A stretch of DNA of 64,000 bases from the NCBI GenBank assembly GCA_965644315.1, contig CBFFRQ010000044.1, forward strand, positions 186,001 through 250,000, given 5' to 3'. The DNA comes from Caecitellus pseudoparvulus (lineage: Eukaryota > Protista > Bigyra: Bicosoecida). Of this stretch, positions 9,001-16,581 are shown piece by piece; the first letter of the stretch is position 1; each line of letters starts with the position of its first letter. The position numbers and the translations under genes are program-made. The notes under the pieces were generated by a model that was given only the letters and a program-made list of their open reading frames with translations, did not search any database and was not told the origin of the DNA.

Positions 9001-10108
9001 CGGCTTCGCACTCGTGCGCAGCATGCAAAGTGCAATCATTCTCTGTGGTATGTGGCTGGCCACGGAAGTAGCGGCTCGTATTAGCGTCCTGGCAGTGGCT
9101 GTCTGTGCGGGGGTCGCTCTCACGTACTCTCTGCAGCCGTACACTCTGTCAGAGCTTAACTCGCTGGACATTCAAGCAGGCCTCGTCGTGTTTTTGCACG
9201 TCGTACTGCTGGCTGCAGTACCCGGCGACGGCGGCGTGTCCATTTTCCTCTTGGTGCTTCACTGCCTGACAGCCCTCCCGATCGCATGGGCAGTTCTGCG
9301 AGGCGCTTCTTCCCGGGCTCGCCGCATCGCAGGCGACCTCGTGCGCCGCCTGCGCGCAGTGCTGCCTGCCTTGCCACCCTCCGGCACGGACCCAGAGGGT
9401 GTGGAGGCTTCCCGGCTCCCGGGACTGCTGCACGTGCTGCAGGCGTGTGCGGTGCGGTGTGGTTTCCGCAAGTGCCAGCCGACGCAACGCAGTGCTAGCT
9501 CCGCAGCATTGAGTGGTGCAGGGCAGTGGGCAGCCCTCCCGACGCTGCTGAAGCGCCAGCTGCAGTCTGCAGCCCACTCTGGCTCAGGTGTTGCATCGTC
9601 TCCACCAAGTGCGGCGAGTTTGCAGCGCCGCCTCACAAGCGAAGCTGCGCAGCTCATGGGCTTGCACAGCTCCGCAGCCCGAGTGGAGCGCCAGTGCTCC
9701 AGGCTCCAGTGTTGTTGCGCTGCAAAGTTAGGCGCGCAGCCAGATACAGTGCTGGTGGCAGCTCTCGCCAGTGCCACTGCGGGTAGGGGCGCTACAAGGC
9801 AGGGGAGCGCTTTGGATCCAGCTGGCAGCGCGCGGCAGTTGCTGGGCGTCCTGCCGATGGCCTCACACAGCCGATCAGCGTTTGGCAGGCGTGGGGCTGC
9901 TGGGCGCACCAGCACACTGCTTAGTCAGAGCCTGAAAGAGGAGGCACGAGCTGATCGAGGGAGTTCGAGGGATGACCTTTTCGCTCCAACGCGCAGCCGG
10001 AGCTTGTCATCCATGAAGCGGAGCGGCAGCAATGCCTCTGTGTCGACCAAGCAGTCAGGGCTCTCGACAGCAGCAAGCGCCAGAGAAAGGGCGACCAAGC
10101 GGTCGTAG
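1..10108 (+). CDS. Receptor A: giant FG-GAP (integrin-alpha-like beta-propeller) repeat protein with Ser/Pro stalk, Cys-rich domain and ~9-TM C-terminal module; 5'-truncated by the window edge
   Basis: 3363-aa ORF, open from the window edge with no signal peptide in view. Many FG-GAP/DxDGDG motifs (GDVDGNGFSD, GDVDGDGLPELLISAP, ADMDGDGVPDIASGAP, DDLDGNGWPEALVGAP, PDLDGNGQDEAVVAAP). SPSPTPSP stalk at about 7240-7370 and Cys-rich CAAGHTGAACAACQQGY at about 7390-7690. Multiple hydrophobic segments 7700-9300, then a Ser/Arg-rich tail. Confidence 0.88.
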   Translation, partial: TPTCAVVGATALAGSNPGFAAQLDGFPSRTGAFGSSIAVSHGARNDGKVLLLIGEQLRDFSETIPDVGAVWFLTVTSSLNVSSFSILDSTQLGKFGVNVLAAGHMHIGSSLAILPHDRSVPFPGLFLYPRVMVGAAGRPGDAGTILSMRVDDHAEVETISALKATYQSPFGMNSGQALASVGDVDGNGFSDFLWGFPGDGGSAEDTGSFVGFTLDITRNAYDYFRFLLVPPYDQINLDQGDGFGAALIAFPHSGGGVQRLRFGVGAPSKGASGHLFIMQTDYAHAPVTQSSLGIETVEHISQGETMVLGGVMFGSELAAGLVAGLWNEDSIPDVVMLQALTKSFAFMFSTANGGLCCSRNVSLASLPFFASVTFELLQGAARLCDLDADGMDELLFTANIHGTLGAEGRVFMLRLMHPQELSVSSISAGTPLESYLDFLVAGSRFAVALSPSFSASGVGPHRDVLALSLEGDFSPYALQVIHFQQNGSLNETQSFHFIPGISLLDLASNPVVPTGSLALLLSATGTTTFAVGCSSSAGRDVVVLLRISGVVPQQPAVLVPVETIEPSARMFTFSPQIGIDDEWGSALGSGDVDGDGLPELLISAPARNATGSAWALSFFSYSTGVVRDVLSLEGWAPPIASSPAAHLATKHSCYGASVAVLRRPWTAQGSILIGAPCETSAAAAGAVLVRTGGSPLPPPQAQVVSVGTLAPGHGGMSDDVGGSARLGASVGIAQGFGTAAEHVLVASLPGQDLGGASGEQGTLGFVFLLADGSAERANFLSASLLLASLPSRALQPLPNSTMAVVSLGPLERSGPHVLVCGLPHYADSSTPSDITGALMIVKVVGPNATVQLHDSFAGESSYPGQSLFLGSALASVADMDGDGVPDIASGAPGFASGHGGVFLHFLTSNGSVSRENDVLDCSIPNACMQGTPAVLAGGSSLAHLGPSPYDVGQRLAVGMPGRAEGLQGVQSRIVLIDIGPASTILHRIFISPESIVGPQMRPGSMFAAALAAAGDVNLDGAPDLVVGAPAVSETAPEQCGAVWILTLPHHGGIVNGSRLGVAEEGVLAPRVNCSAGFGSSIAVLPDVQGTGRLSLVVGMPSFSSPGGGLDGPTGALALVHTTLPAGRPPAPVITSAKSPSPSTDSVLSSDANLLASTYFGAAVGWLDDLDGNGWPEALVGAPGYLNGGMFVLYMGPGSSILHKRSAVHGEGPLYFGQDAQGPGTRFGRGLAVVPDANGDGWRDVVAGLSGARSSRGTAVLLYLSAPHSEHVFSNWTCLGDDAEGHVSPSTVRSLGVTVSHAGVLENGSPPALLVAAQLSENTTSSGVAFIIRVPELGQPRILSTLGVGLGGIGTPAGSDGSSFGCWHSAAYVGISGHPAGKSRVALACQGSSSSGSAGTQEVLLVVDVARDGSPVDYAFIMASEAENSGPFQPGSLLDVGAFLSGFGDASGDGTSDLLVGFAENGPLGFRDGFAVLHLGHRGGLKQVQRLDSAVEPMLVSQSPSAFAGASVLASSMAATSGPHGVALIFGAGARRRFSQSGSYVGRITFAHLDLPWRPSGDLPSPIGSTVHATSQLTPMPSEERGASFGSALGLAGDVDGNGVLDVVIVGEHASSSPGSSGLWLMFLDSSSGEQAVDSRFITSDAGGFVGQLVLPTGAFADSSQVIAHMPSLAGGDAVSVVAVTATAHAGQSCPACAGTWLLHLNASGAVIHQHSLNNAQGAFNGLPANTYPTSALAVAGDVDCDGVEELVLTLRSHSPLLGGASSQTIDGAGGAWVVFVEPPGVLRLARPLHTHGGLLHPHLLPHGAFGTAVTSLGILDHAQETAVVVSDDRPASGALPNSTLPVLTVLGLSQAGGVSWLHELHSTSMPPGRQWPPGSRFGTSLSSVGHLIGGGAPTLLVGAPRQPGWAGGSSSPGVAWLLTLTTDASTAVDVQRIGHGVSRLLISSEPDGLNFGAALAMGSLAPAANGSGNATLLVSSPTAPSGLQQNSSGAAYLFSTSLRLNSTLAPTCLSLPGIRTDFAASPLRHDPLQGLSHADLGFPLSSSLGTSVAALNESDGGGVVVLLVGAPAFGSASCAGCGGVLILRMQGLNEVGPRQVLDASSMGSFSNLAPVASFGRSVSIWADDSTGTLFAAVGAPGSTSASPPWRILLFAAPGGTFSLIDEVNSTDSLGLGWGPGARGGWSLASLTVGTRHAVLAGATGALSTGHIVGSAGLVFLGTHGTFTGARRITDGLGLPAHAQAGFAVARLPDLDGNGQDEAVVAAPGHLPSGSIHVIFLLPSGHISHSAGVDGQQVGNSAENLLGSALLGLGPGVDGGVNLLVGSRANISGVGADSAILLSWNSNGTVRRFERLEAPRGRRLQASSTGLGSSFAVQDLTWGTGGVPEYTLVGGGFGQPTSGLQRFVLRRGAALPSPSRTTTPTASPTPSPTPSATRTPSPLPSSPPAGPDPSPSPAAVAPDVCRGLWWATCEEDAGVAEQVRVQALPGVWCEGCTGPAEFLQRYSEQPSSLLLCPRAGACEARLGTDAASRCAAGHTGAACAACQQGYAPYQGSDCAPCVPCAGAGLGIALLACVPALLLLGVGFLTFKALQNRGTLQQDLLMGALRVALNYVALLGYAAIALQPMTADGLGLHKRAVSLPQWQGACGRQESSHRRAVHQLLNGTVGSMAANASAWVSDAALWTGDDDGFRGGAASDISAFFSGLAASTGALPLSSIGGLECILGHSSFAQQLQLFAWFAFVALTAAAALQLVFHLVPDLCSGRSAGTKSQAPMKAVPGRSHVKGSRASDHTAPKQGLTANPLLAASKAPSTPASPPTAGQAGKPDAATAHSTGVQLAWGAGRYMWSLYLLVWGATVAASLQLLSPPLQLPSGTVFSLPSSLGVDPSKQGLIPLALFSVILHAAVFPVALLALLRVRGAALLDAGNHSSVTLSVFTDGYRLQLTPSQAEAVTRKALGKARASASQEERKVHAAAVALSVHMSRKLAGRCFGLARLVPSHGFALVRSMQSAIILCGMWLATEVAARISVLAVAVCAGVALTYSLQPYTLSELNSLDIQAGLVVFLHVVLLAAVPGDGGVSIFLLVLHCLTALPIAWAVLRGASSRARRIAGDLVRRLRAVLPALPPSGTDPEGVEASRLPGLLHVLQACAVRCGFRKCQPTQRSASSAALSGAGQWAALPTLLKRQLQSAAHSGSGVASSPPSAASLQRRLTSEAAQLMGLHSSAARVERQCSRLQCCCAAKLGAQPDTVLVAALASATAGRGATRQGSALDPAGSARQLLGVLPMASHSRSAFGRRGAAGRTSTLLSQSLKEEARADRGSSRDDLFAPTRSRSLSSMKRSGSNASVSTKQSGLSTAASARERATKRS

Positions 10109-10478
10109 GCTGTCAGAGGACCTGTGAAAGGCGGTGGGGGAATTTACTTTGTGAACATGTAGGTGTTGTTGGGGAGTGAGAGCGAAGTGTGACTGCTTGT
10201 GACTGTTTCAATTCACTCCAAAGCTGAAGCCTCTTCTGCACGACGAGGGGCACCATGGAGGCGATGTAAGACCGCTCAATGAAAAAGACTTGCTGCGCAC
10301 TATCAAGTGTACCCTTGCGTCGGACTTGATCAGACTCCCCAGGCCGCCTGGCCTTTGGAACGCACTTGGCAAGCAAGGTGAACGCGTCGCACACTTCCAG
10401 GGGGCACTCAAATCAAGTGCAACAAAGAGCATCTGCAGCTTCCATGCTTTGCAAATACCTTTCTCAGTTCAATTCAAG

Positions 10479-12378
10479 ATGGCTGCTGCGTCAGGAGACA
10501 CGCTTGCACGTGACCATGCACCGGAACGCCGCGAGGGTGCGGATTTTGGCGTTGCAGCTGTCCCACCGCCACACAGAGGACGTAGCTCAGCACAGCGCAG
10601 CAGGGAAGCAGCGGCAGTGCCTACCATCTCAGCATCGGTACCTGTATTGCCTATGGCTGGTGCTGCTTCTGCATGTGGCGCTGAGGAGGAGGTGGCTAAG
10701 CTGGAGAGCTGCCCTTGGTGGAAGACGTTGACTCGCACCGAACAGAGACTGTTGCAGGTGGTGCTGACAGGGCCCTTGGCGCATGGTCTTGACCCCGACA
10801 CACTAAAGGTCGTGTATAAGGAGATCGGCAGCTTACAGGTGCGTGATGCCCAGCCAAGGCACGCTGAGGCATGCATGTCCAGGGTCCCCGACCGTGCGCC
10901 CACGCAGAGAGCTCCACACTTGGAAGTAGTGTCAGCGCTACTGCAGCCCGAAGTTTTGTCTGGTGCAATGCGCTTCTATGCTGCAGTTCTAGAAGGCTTC
11001 TCACCTCTCCTGGCGCTGAGAGAGTTTCTCAGGGTTTGCATCGGGCGACCTGCAGAGTGGGTCATCGACTTGCTCACCAACGGCTTGCCGTTCAAGTGGG
11101 CGAGGGCTGAGCAGTGGGCTCAGCTTGGCGAGTTTCCGGACCTGCTCATTACATTGCTGAGGGAGGAGGTGCAGGCGCAAGCACTCCGGGACATTCTACC
11201 GTTCATGAGCTGTGGAGATGACTCCGACTTGATGGAGTTCAGAGCTGCGACCGTCCCCGTCAACTTGGCCAAGGTGAAGAAGGCGTTCCAGGTCCTGCAT
11301 GGCACAAGGCTCAGCGAAGCGCTCGAGAAGTTTGTCCAGCGAGTGTTCGCCTGGTACTGCGTGAGTCGTGTGCTTTGCTTGCACATGTCGCGCGTTGTGA
11401 GGTTACCGGGATCTGCACGTGGCGAGTTTCGCAGCCATTCCCACACCAAGACACCATGGATGTGCTACTGCACCCCGACTTGCTGAGAGAGACATACAGA
11501 GTCCTAGGAGTACCATTGGCCAAAACAAAGGGCGTCGTCCAGTTGGTGTTCTTCCTTGTGAAGTGCGTGAACATGCCTCTGCCACAGTTCTGGAAAGCTG
11601 CAGAGTGGGGCCGCTTGTTGAGGCCTACGGGCGTCAGTGCAGAGGCCTGGGCCTCGCTGTGGGCTGAGCACGTAAAGCCAAGAGTTCAAGGAAAGCTGCT
11701 CAAGACCAGGTTGGAAGTGATGCAGGCCAGCGTGGCACAAAGCTTGGATGGATGCCTTGGGCGCCTGCCGCTCACGGATCGGTCTGCAGTGAAAGCAGCG
11801 TTCCGGACCCTCTCAAAATCAGGACTGAACGCGAGCGCCATGCTCACAGCCAAGTATGCTTTTGTAGAATCGCGGGTGAGTGAGCCGGCGCCCTGCTGTG
11901 GTTGGCAGGAGTATTGAACGGGTGCTTGTGTACCCTTGCTCAGAAAATCTTGGGATTATCGCGCCAAATGGCATTCCTGCAGCCGGACGCCTTTGGGGCG
12001 GCGTTCAAAGTGATAAAAGAGTTCGAGGGCGCAGGAGCTGCAGTGCTGCGGCTGTCCATGTTCGTGGAGGGTTTCGTCGGAGCCGAACCGGGCACCGTGC
12101 GCTTGCAGAATCCAGCCTGGCCCAGGCCGCTGGGCATGACTGGTGCCGACCATGCAGCTCTACTGAATGCCTTTCGGGTGGACTTCCCACCAGTGCTGCG
12201 ACAGCAGATTGTGTGGGGCATCCGGAATCGCCCAAAGCAGCCAGGGCAGAGCGAGGCTGAAGTGCCAAGAAAGGACCCTGCCCGTTCTCCGCCCGAGGAG
12301 GATGCTGGGTGCCCAAGGCTTCGGGAAAGGCAAGCCAGGAAACACAGGCGGCACACTGGTGAACATGCCGCGCAGTGA
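10479..12378 (+). CDS. Hypothetical protein (~560 aa, 4 exons), no recognisable domain
   Basis: Three ORF-track ORFs join through GT-AG introns 10839-10907, 11361-11434 and 11876-11943 (exons 10479-10838, 10908-11360, 11435-11875, 11944-12378). All exon lengths are multiples of 3. The 3' end is uncertain because an alternative frame stops at 12442. Confidence 0.62.
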
Positions 12379-12501
12379 GCTGGTCATGGGCAAGAAGAGG
12401 GTGGAGCAGGGTTCGCTTTATGAAGGCAATCCATCGAGCTGAAACACGAAGCTTACAGCGCCAGGCACCCCGCTCTGAAAAGAACAACTGTGCATTCCAG
12501 A

Positions 12502-13434
12502 TTAGCCGCAAGCGTACTTGCTGACCTCCTCCGCGACCTTGGCCTCGAATGTGTCCAGGCCGTCGGAAATGGCCTTGACTGCCTCCTGGTTGACCGCACT
12601 GCCACCGGCTGCGGCCCCATGGGGGTCGGCCAGCAGGTTGCGCACCATGACCAGAACATCGCGGATGCCCATGCCAGGCTTCCATGCATCGTCCAGGAAG
12701 TCGCTGCAGATCTGTGGAGTGAGGCGCGGCGCAGCGGTGACGAGCCCAGAACGCCCGAGCCAGCAGGCTGCCTTGCAGCATGGCGTGCGACGCACCTTGC
12801 CCTCCTTCTGGTCAATGGCAGGGTGGAAGACGCGGGTCGCGAAGTTGATCTGCGACAGGGTTCCGGAAGTGCATGTGGCGCGAGCTTCGCCAAGGCTCAC
12901 GGGGGTTTGGCGTGGTGGGCAGGCTTCACCACCGCCGTAGGCGGACTCACCTTGGGGGGGGCGCTGGGGTAGTTCCCGCCGATCACGATGTGGATCTGGA
13001 ACATGCCCTCAGAGTAGGGGGAGGGGCGATCGCCAGACTCGCCTTCCTTGGGGTTTGCCAAGTAGTTCTCCTGCCGGACAGGAGCGGGGCGTGGCGGTGG
13101 AAAGCCATCTTGGCAGCGTCCGCCAGAGGTGCGCATTGCTCTTACAGGGCCACAGATCTCAACGACGAAGTCCATCCAATCAACACCTGGGTCATCAGCC
13201 AGGGGAAGGACAAACCAGCCATCGTCCGACTCCTCCTCGGCACGCAGGGCGGCTTGCTCCTGGGTTGGCGGCAGATGGTGAGCTCAGTGCATGCGAACTG
13301 ACGTGCGGCAGCGCACACACGAAGGGCATGGCAGCGCCAAGCAGACAACGGATGCATGCCAGCACGCAGCGCGGCGAGGGGGGGCAACGCACCTTCACGA
13401 CCTTGCGCAGGACGGCAACGTTCTGAGCGGCCAT
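12502..13434 (-). CDS. Ubiquitin-conjugating enzyme E2 (UBC fold), ~179 aa, 5 exons
   Basis: Exons 13434-13393, 13259-13146, 13070-12951, 12849-12796 and 12711-12502 give MAAQNVAVLRKVVKEQAAL...WMDFVVEICGP..SPYSEGMFQIHIVIGGNYPSAPPKINFATRVFHPAIDQKEGKICSDFLDDAWKPGMGIRDVL. This has the UBC signature and a catalytic Cys in GKIC. Confidence 0.92.
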
Positions 13435-13921
13435 GGTGGAGGTGCGGAATTTCTGAGGTCGGGGCGGCAGCGGCAAGCGCTGCAGTGGACGGAGCACGTG
13501 AGCGGCTCGCGGAGGGGGGGGTGGTTTGGAGTTGTTGATTTGCAGGGAGGTGCTTGCTGCCGTCGGCTGCCCCTCCAGCGGCGTCTGTTGGCACGAGGGG
13601 GGTGCATTCGCCGCAACGCCTGCCGGACGTGGGCCGCGCTGGGCAACGCCAGCGACTCCGCGGCAAGGACTGGTGCAGAGGACATGATGCCGACGCAATG
13701 GATTCCCCAGTCGATACGGAACACTTCAGGAAGTGCAGCTGGGGGTGTCCGCTGCGGCTGCACCGAGGAGGGTAGCAGGGGGAGTACACACACCTCTTGG
13801 ATCGCCAGGAACCGACAAACTCCACAAGTCCCAAAGCGCAACTGTTGATGGGCGAGTGGTGCACGAGGTGAAGACCGTGTGGATGGCACGGTTGCTAAGT
13901 TGACATGGTGCAGTCCCCCAT

Positions 13922-14908
13922 GTGAACGTGCGGGGTGCCATGGGCGCTTGCAGCAGCTCAGGTGAGGCCAGACCAGAGGACGCGCTGCTGCCTCTCAGAC
14001 CTTCACACTGCCGCCTGCCCACCGCAGCTCGAACGATCCCAATTCAACCGCACAGCAGTGATACATGCGAGTCAGATGCCTGGATACCGAGCTGTGACCC
14101 CAAGGCGTTGGCTGTGCGTGGCGGCACGCCAGAGACAGTCGAAGGCGTGGTGAGGCGGCAAGCTCCAGAAACTGAAGGGATCTGTCTCTCTCCCACACAC
14201 CACGAACTGCAGGCTGAAGCAGCGACAGGCCAGCGATTCGTGGCTCTAATGAACCACCTGCCAACTGATGTATCGCCTGAAGCTGCGGCGGGGCAGCGCC
14301 ACAGCCTTGCGTTTCTCTCTATGCCTGCGCAAGCGAGTGCCTGCGTGGGCGGGTTGCACCCGTGGATGCACGGTGCCGTGTGCGCTGCTGCACCGTTGCC
14401 AGGGCCTGCCACGGCTGCCCTGGACGCAGAGGACTGCCTTTTAGTCCTCTTGCAGCACTGCTTGTCTGCCTTCCTCCTGCACGTGCCTGCGGCGGCGGCG
14501 TCACAGTACGCTGGCTTTCGGCACAGCCCAAGTCGTGCGCCTGGCAGCAGCAGTGACGAGTGGGACTTCTGCATTTCCTGCGCAGGGCAGGAGGGGCTGC
14601 GAGGCATCGTGGCTGGAGTCTCAGGCAGGCTGCGGCCCGTGCCTGGTTCGGTGGGTGAAGGCACTGGGCAGTGCCTTCTCTGGCAGCTGAACTGGGTGAC
14701 CAGTTTTGTCGGGGGGGGGTCTCGGGACAGATTCGGGTACTTCTCGCACTGGCTCGCGGTGGAGGTGCCACGGCTGACGTGCAGGGCTGGGCAGCCGCCC
14801 CTTCGGTATGCAGAGGCTCAGGAGAGGCAGCTGCCGCCCCCTCCCAGTCCTTGGCCCAAGCCAGCACCGCGGCCTGCCGAGCAGCATACCGCAGTCGAAA
14901 CTCCGTGA
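13922..14908 (+). CDS. Hypothetical protein; start and exon structure uncertain
   Basis: A 328-aa ORF filling an otherwise gene-sized gap between the E2 and BCKDHB genes. No motif recognised. Confidence 0.35.
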   Translation: MNVRGAMGACSSSGEARPEDALLPLRPSHCRLPTAARTIPIQPHSSDTCESDAWIPSCDPKALAVRGGTPETVEGVVRRQAPETEGICLSPTHHELQAEAATGQRFVALMNHLPTDVSPEAAAGQRHSLAFLSMPAQASACVGGLHPWMHGAVCAAAPLPGPATAALDAEDCLLVLLQHCLSAFLLHVPAAAASQYAGFRHSPSRAPGSSSDEWDFCISCAGQEGLRGIVAGVSGRLRPVPGSVGEGTGQCLLWQLNWVTSFVGGGSRDRFGYFSHWLAVEVPRLTCRAGQPPLRYAEAQERQLPPPPSPWPKPAPRPAEQHTAVETP

Positions 14909-15090
14909 CTTGTGAGGCCTGGCGAGTCAGCCCACGAGGGCGGGGAGTGCACACTGAGCCCACGGCCAATTCTTCCAGTTCATGTTTGTGACCAGCACGT
15001 GCACGCACGGAAATTTAGTGTTGTTGTTCCTGTGCTGCAGTCAATCGCTGCGCCAGTGCTCCCTGCTCCACCACCCCACTGCACACCAGC

Positions 15091-16497
15091 ATGGCTCTGC
15101 AGAGGGCGGCAGCTGCTGTGGCAGCCCAGGTGAGCAAACTGATGTGGCACTGTCTACGTCCTGTGCTGGCATGTCGCCTCACCCTTGTCCGCTTCTCTGT
15201 CTTTGTGCGCAGACTGCTGCTGTGCAGGGAGTGGCAGCCCGGGCAATGTCCGCAGTGACGGCAGCACACGAGCTGCCTGAGGGGCCCCGCAAGAAGATGA
15301 ACCTGTTCACCGCCATCAATGACGGCATGCGGGTGGCATTGAAAACCGACGACACGGCTGTGAGTGCTGCAGAGTCTTCGCATGGGGCGCGCAGGTGGCC
15401 TGGCCTGGTGGGCGTTCGCAGGTGCAGTGCACTTGGCACAGCGCATGCAGGCACGGCCAAGGCTGCGTGGCCCCCTTGCGGCGACACGGGGCCAGTCTGG
15501 CCATGTTTGGATGTCTATGAGCCACTCCTTGCACGCCCCTGTGGCGTGTGCTTCCCCGCTCGGCTTGAACTCCTGCTCACCCTCTGCGCAGGTGGTGTTT
15601 GGAGAGGACGTGGCTTTCGGCGGCGTCTTCCGGTGCTCAGTGGACTTGAAGGAGGAGTTCGGGCCTGATCGGGTGTTCAACACGCCGCTGTGCGAGCAGG
15701 GCATCGCCGGTTTCGCCATCGGCTACGCCGCCATGGGCCGCACCGCCATTGCCGAGATGCAGTTTGCAGACTACATTTTCCCCGCCTTTGACCAGATCGT
15801 GAACGAGGCAGCCAAGTACCGGTACCGGTCAGGGGACGAGTTCAACTGCGGTGGGCTGACCTTCCGCTCGCCCTACGGCGCAGTGGGGCACGGCGGGCAC
15901 TACCACAGCCAGTCCCCCGAGGCGTATTTCGCCCACACGCCAGGCCTGAAGGTGGTGGTGCCACGGTCCCCTGCCGCAGCCAAGGGCCTGCTCCTGGCCT
16001 GTGTGCGGGACCCCAACCCCTGCTTGTTCTTCGAGCCCAAGGCGCTGTACCGGGCAGCCGTGGAGGAGGTGCCGGAGGGGGACTACACGCTGCCGCTGGG
16101 TGTGGCGGAAGTGGTGCAGAAGGGGGCTGACATCACCGTGGTCGCATACGGCGCACAGGTGCACGTCGCACAGCGAGCCGCCGACCGCGCCCAGGCTGAG
16201 CTCGGCGCCAGTGTGGAGGTCATCGACCTCCGCACCATTGCCCCATGGGACAGGGACACGGTGGCGGCCAGTGTGCGGAAAACGGGGCGCCTGCTCGTAA
16301 CGCACGAGGCGCCCCGCACGGGCGGTTTCGGCGCCGAGGTGGCCTCTGAGATCACCGAGCGGTGCTTCTTGAGTCTGGAGGCCCCCGTGCAGCGCGTGTG
16401 TGGCTACGACACGCCCTTCCCCCTCATTTTCGAGAAGTGGTACGTGCCTGACGACAAGAAGATCTTTGAAGCCATCAAGGACACGCTGGAGTTCTGA
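15091..16497 (+). CDS. BCKDHB: 2-oxoisovalerate (branched-chain 2-oxoacid) dehydrogenase E1 beta subunit, mitochondrial precursor, ~363 aa, 3 exons
   Basis: Exons 15091-15129, 15213-15359 and 15592-16497. Ala/Arg-rich transit peptide, then [102 protein letters not shown]. These are diagnostic BCKDHB motifs. Confidence 0.96.
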
Positions 16498-16581
16498 GGC
16501 GCCTGCAGCCGGCAGCACAATGCATTCGGCAGGTGTGCAGGCGCTCCACCCGCTTAGAGGAGCCAGGAGCCGTGCAGTGAC

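Noticed and set aside
1-10108. Calling receptors A and C true integrin alpha subunits
   Set aside because: They have multiple propellers, no recognisable thigh/calf Ig-like domains, no single TM with a GFFKR tail, and a multi-TM C-terminus instead.
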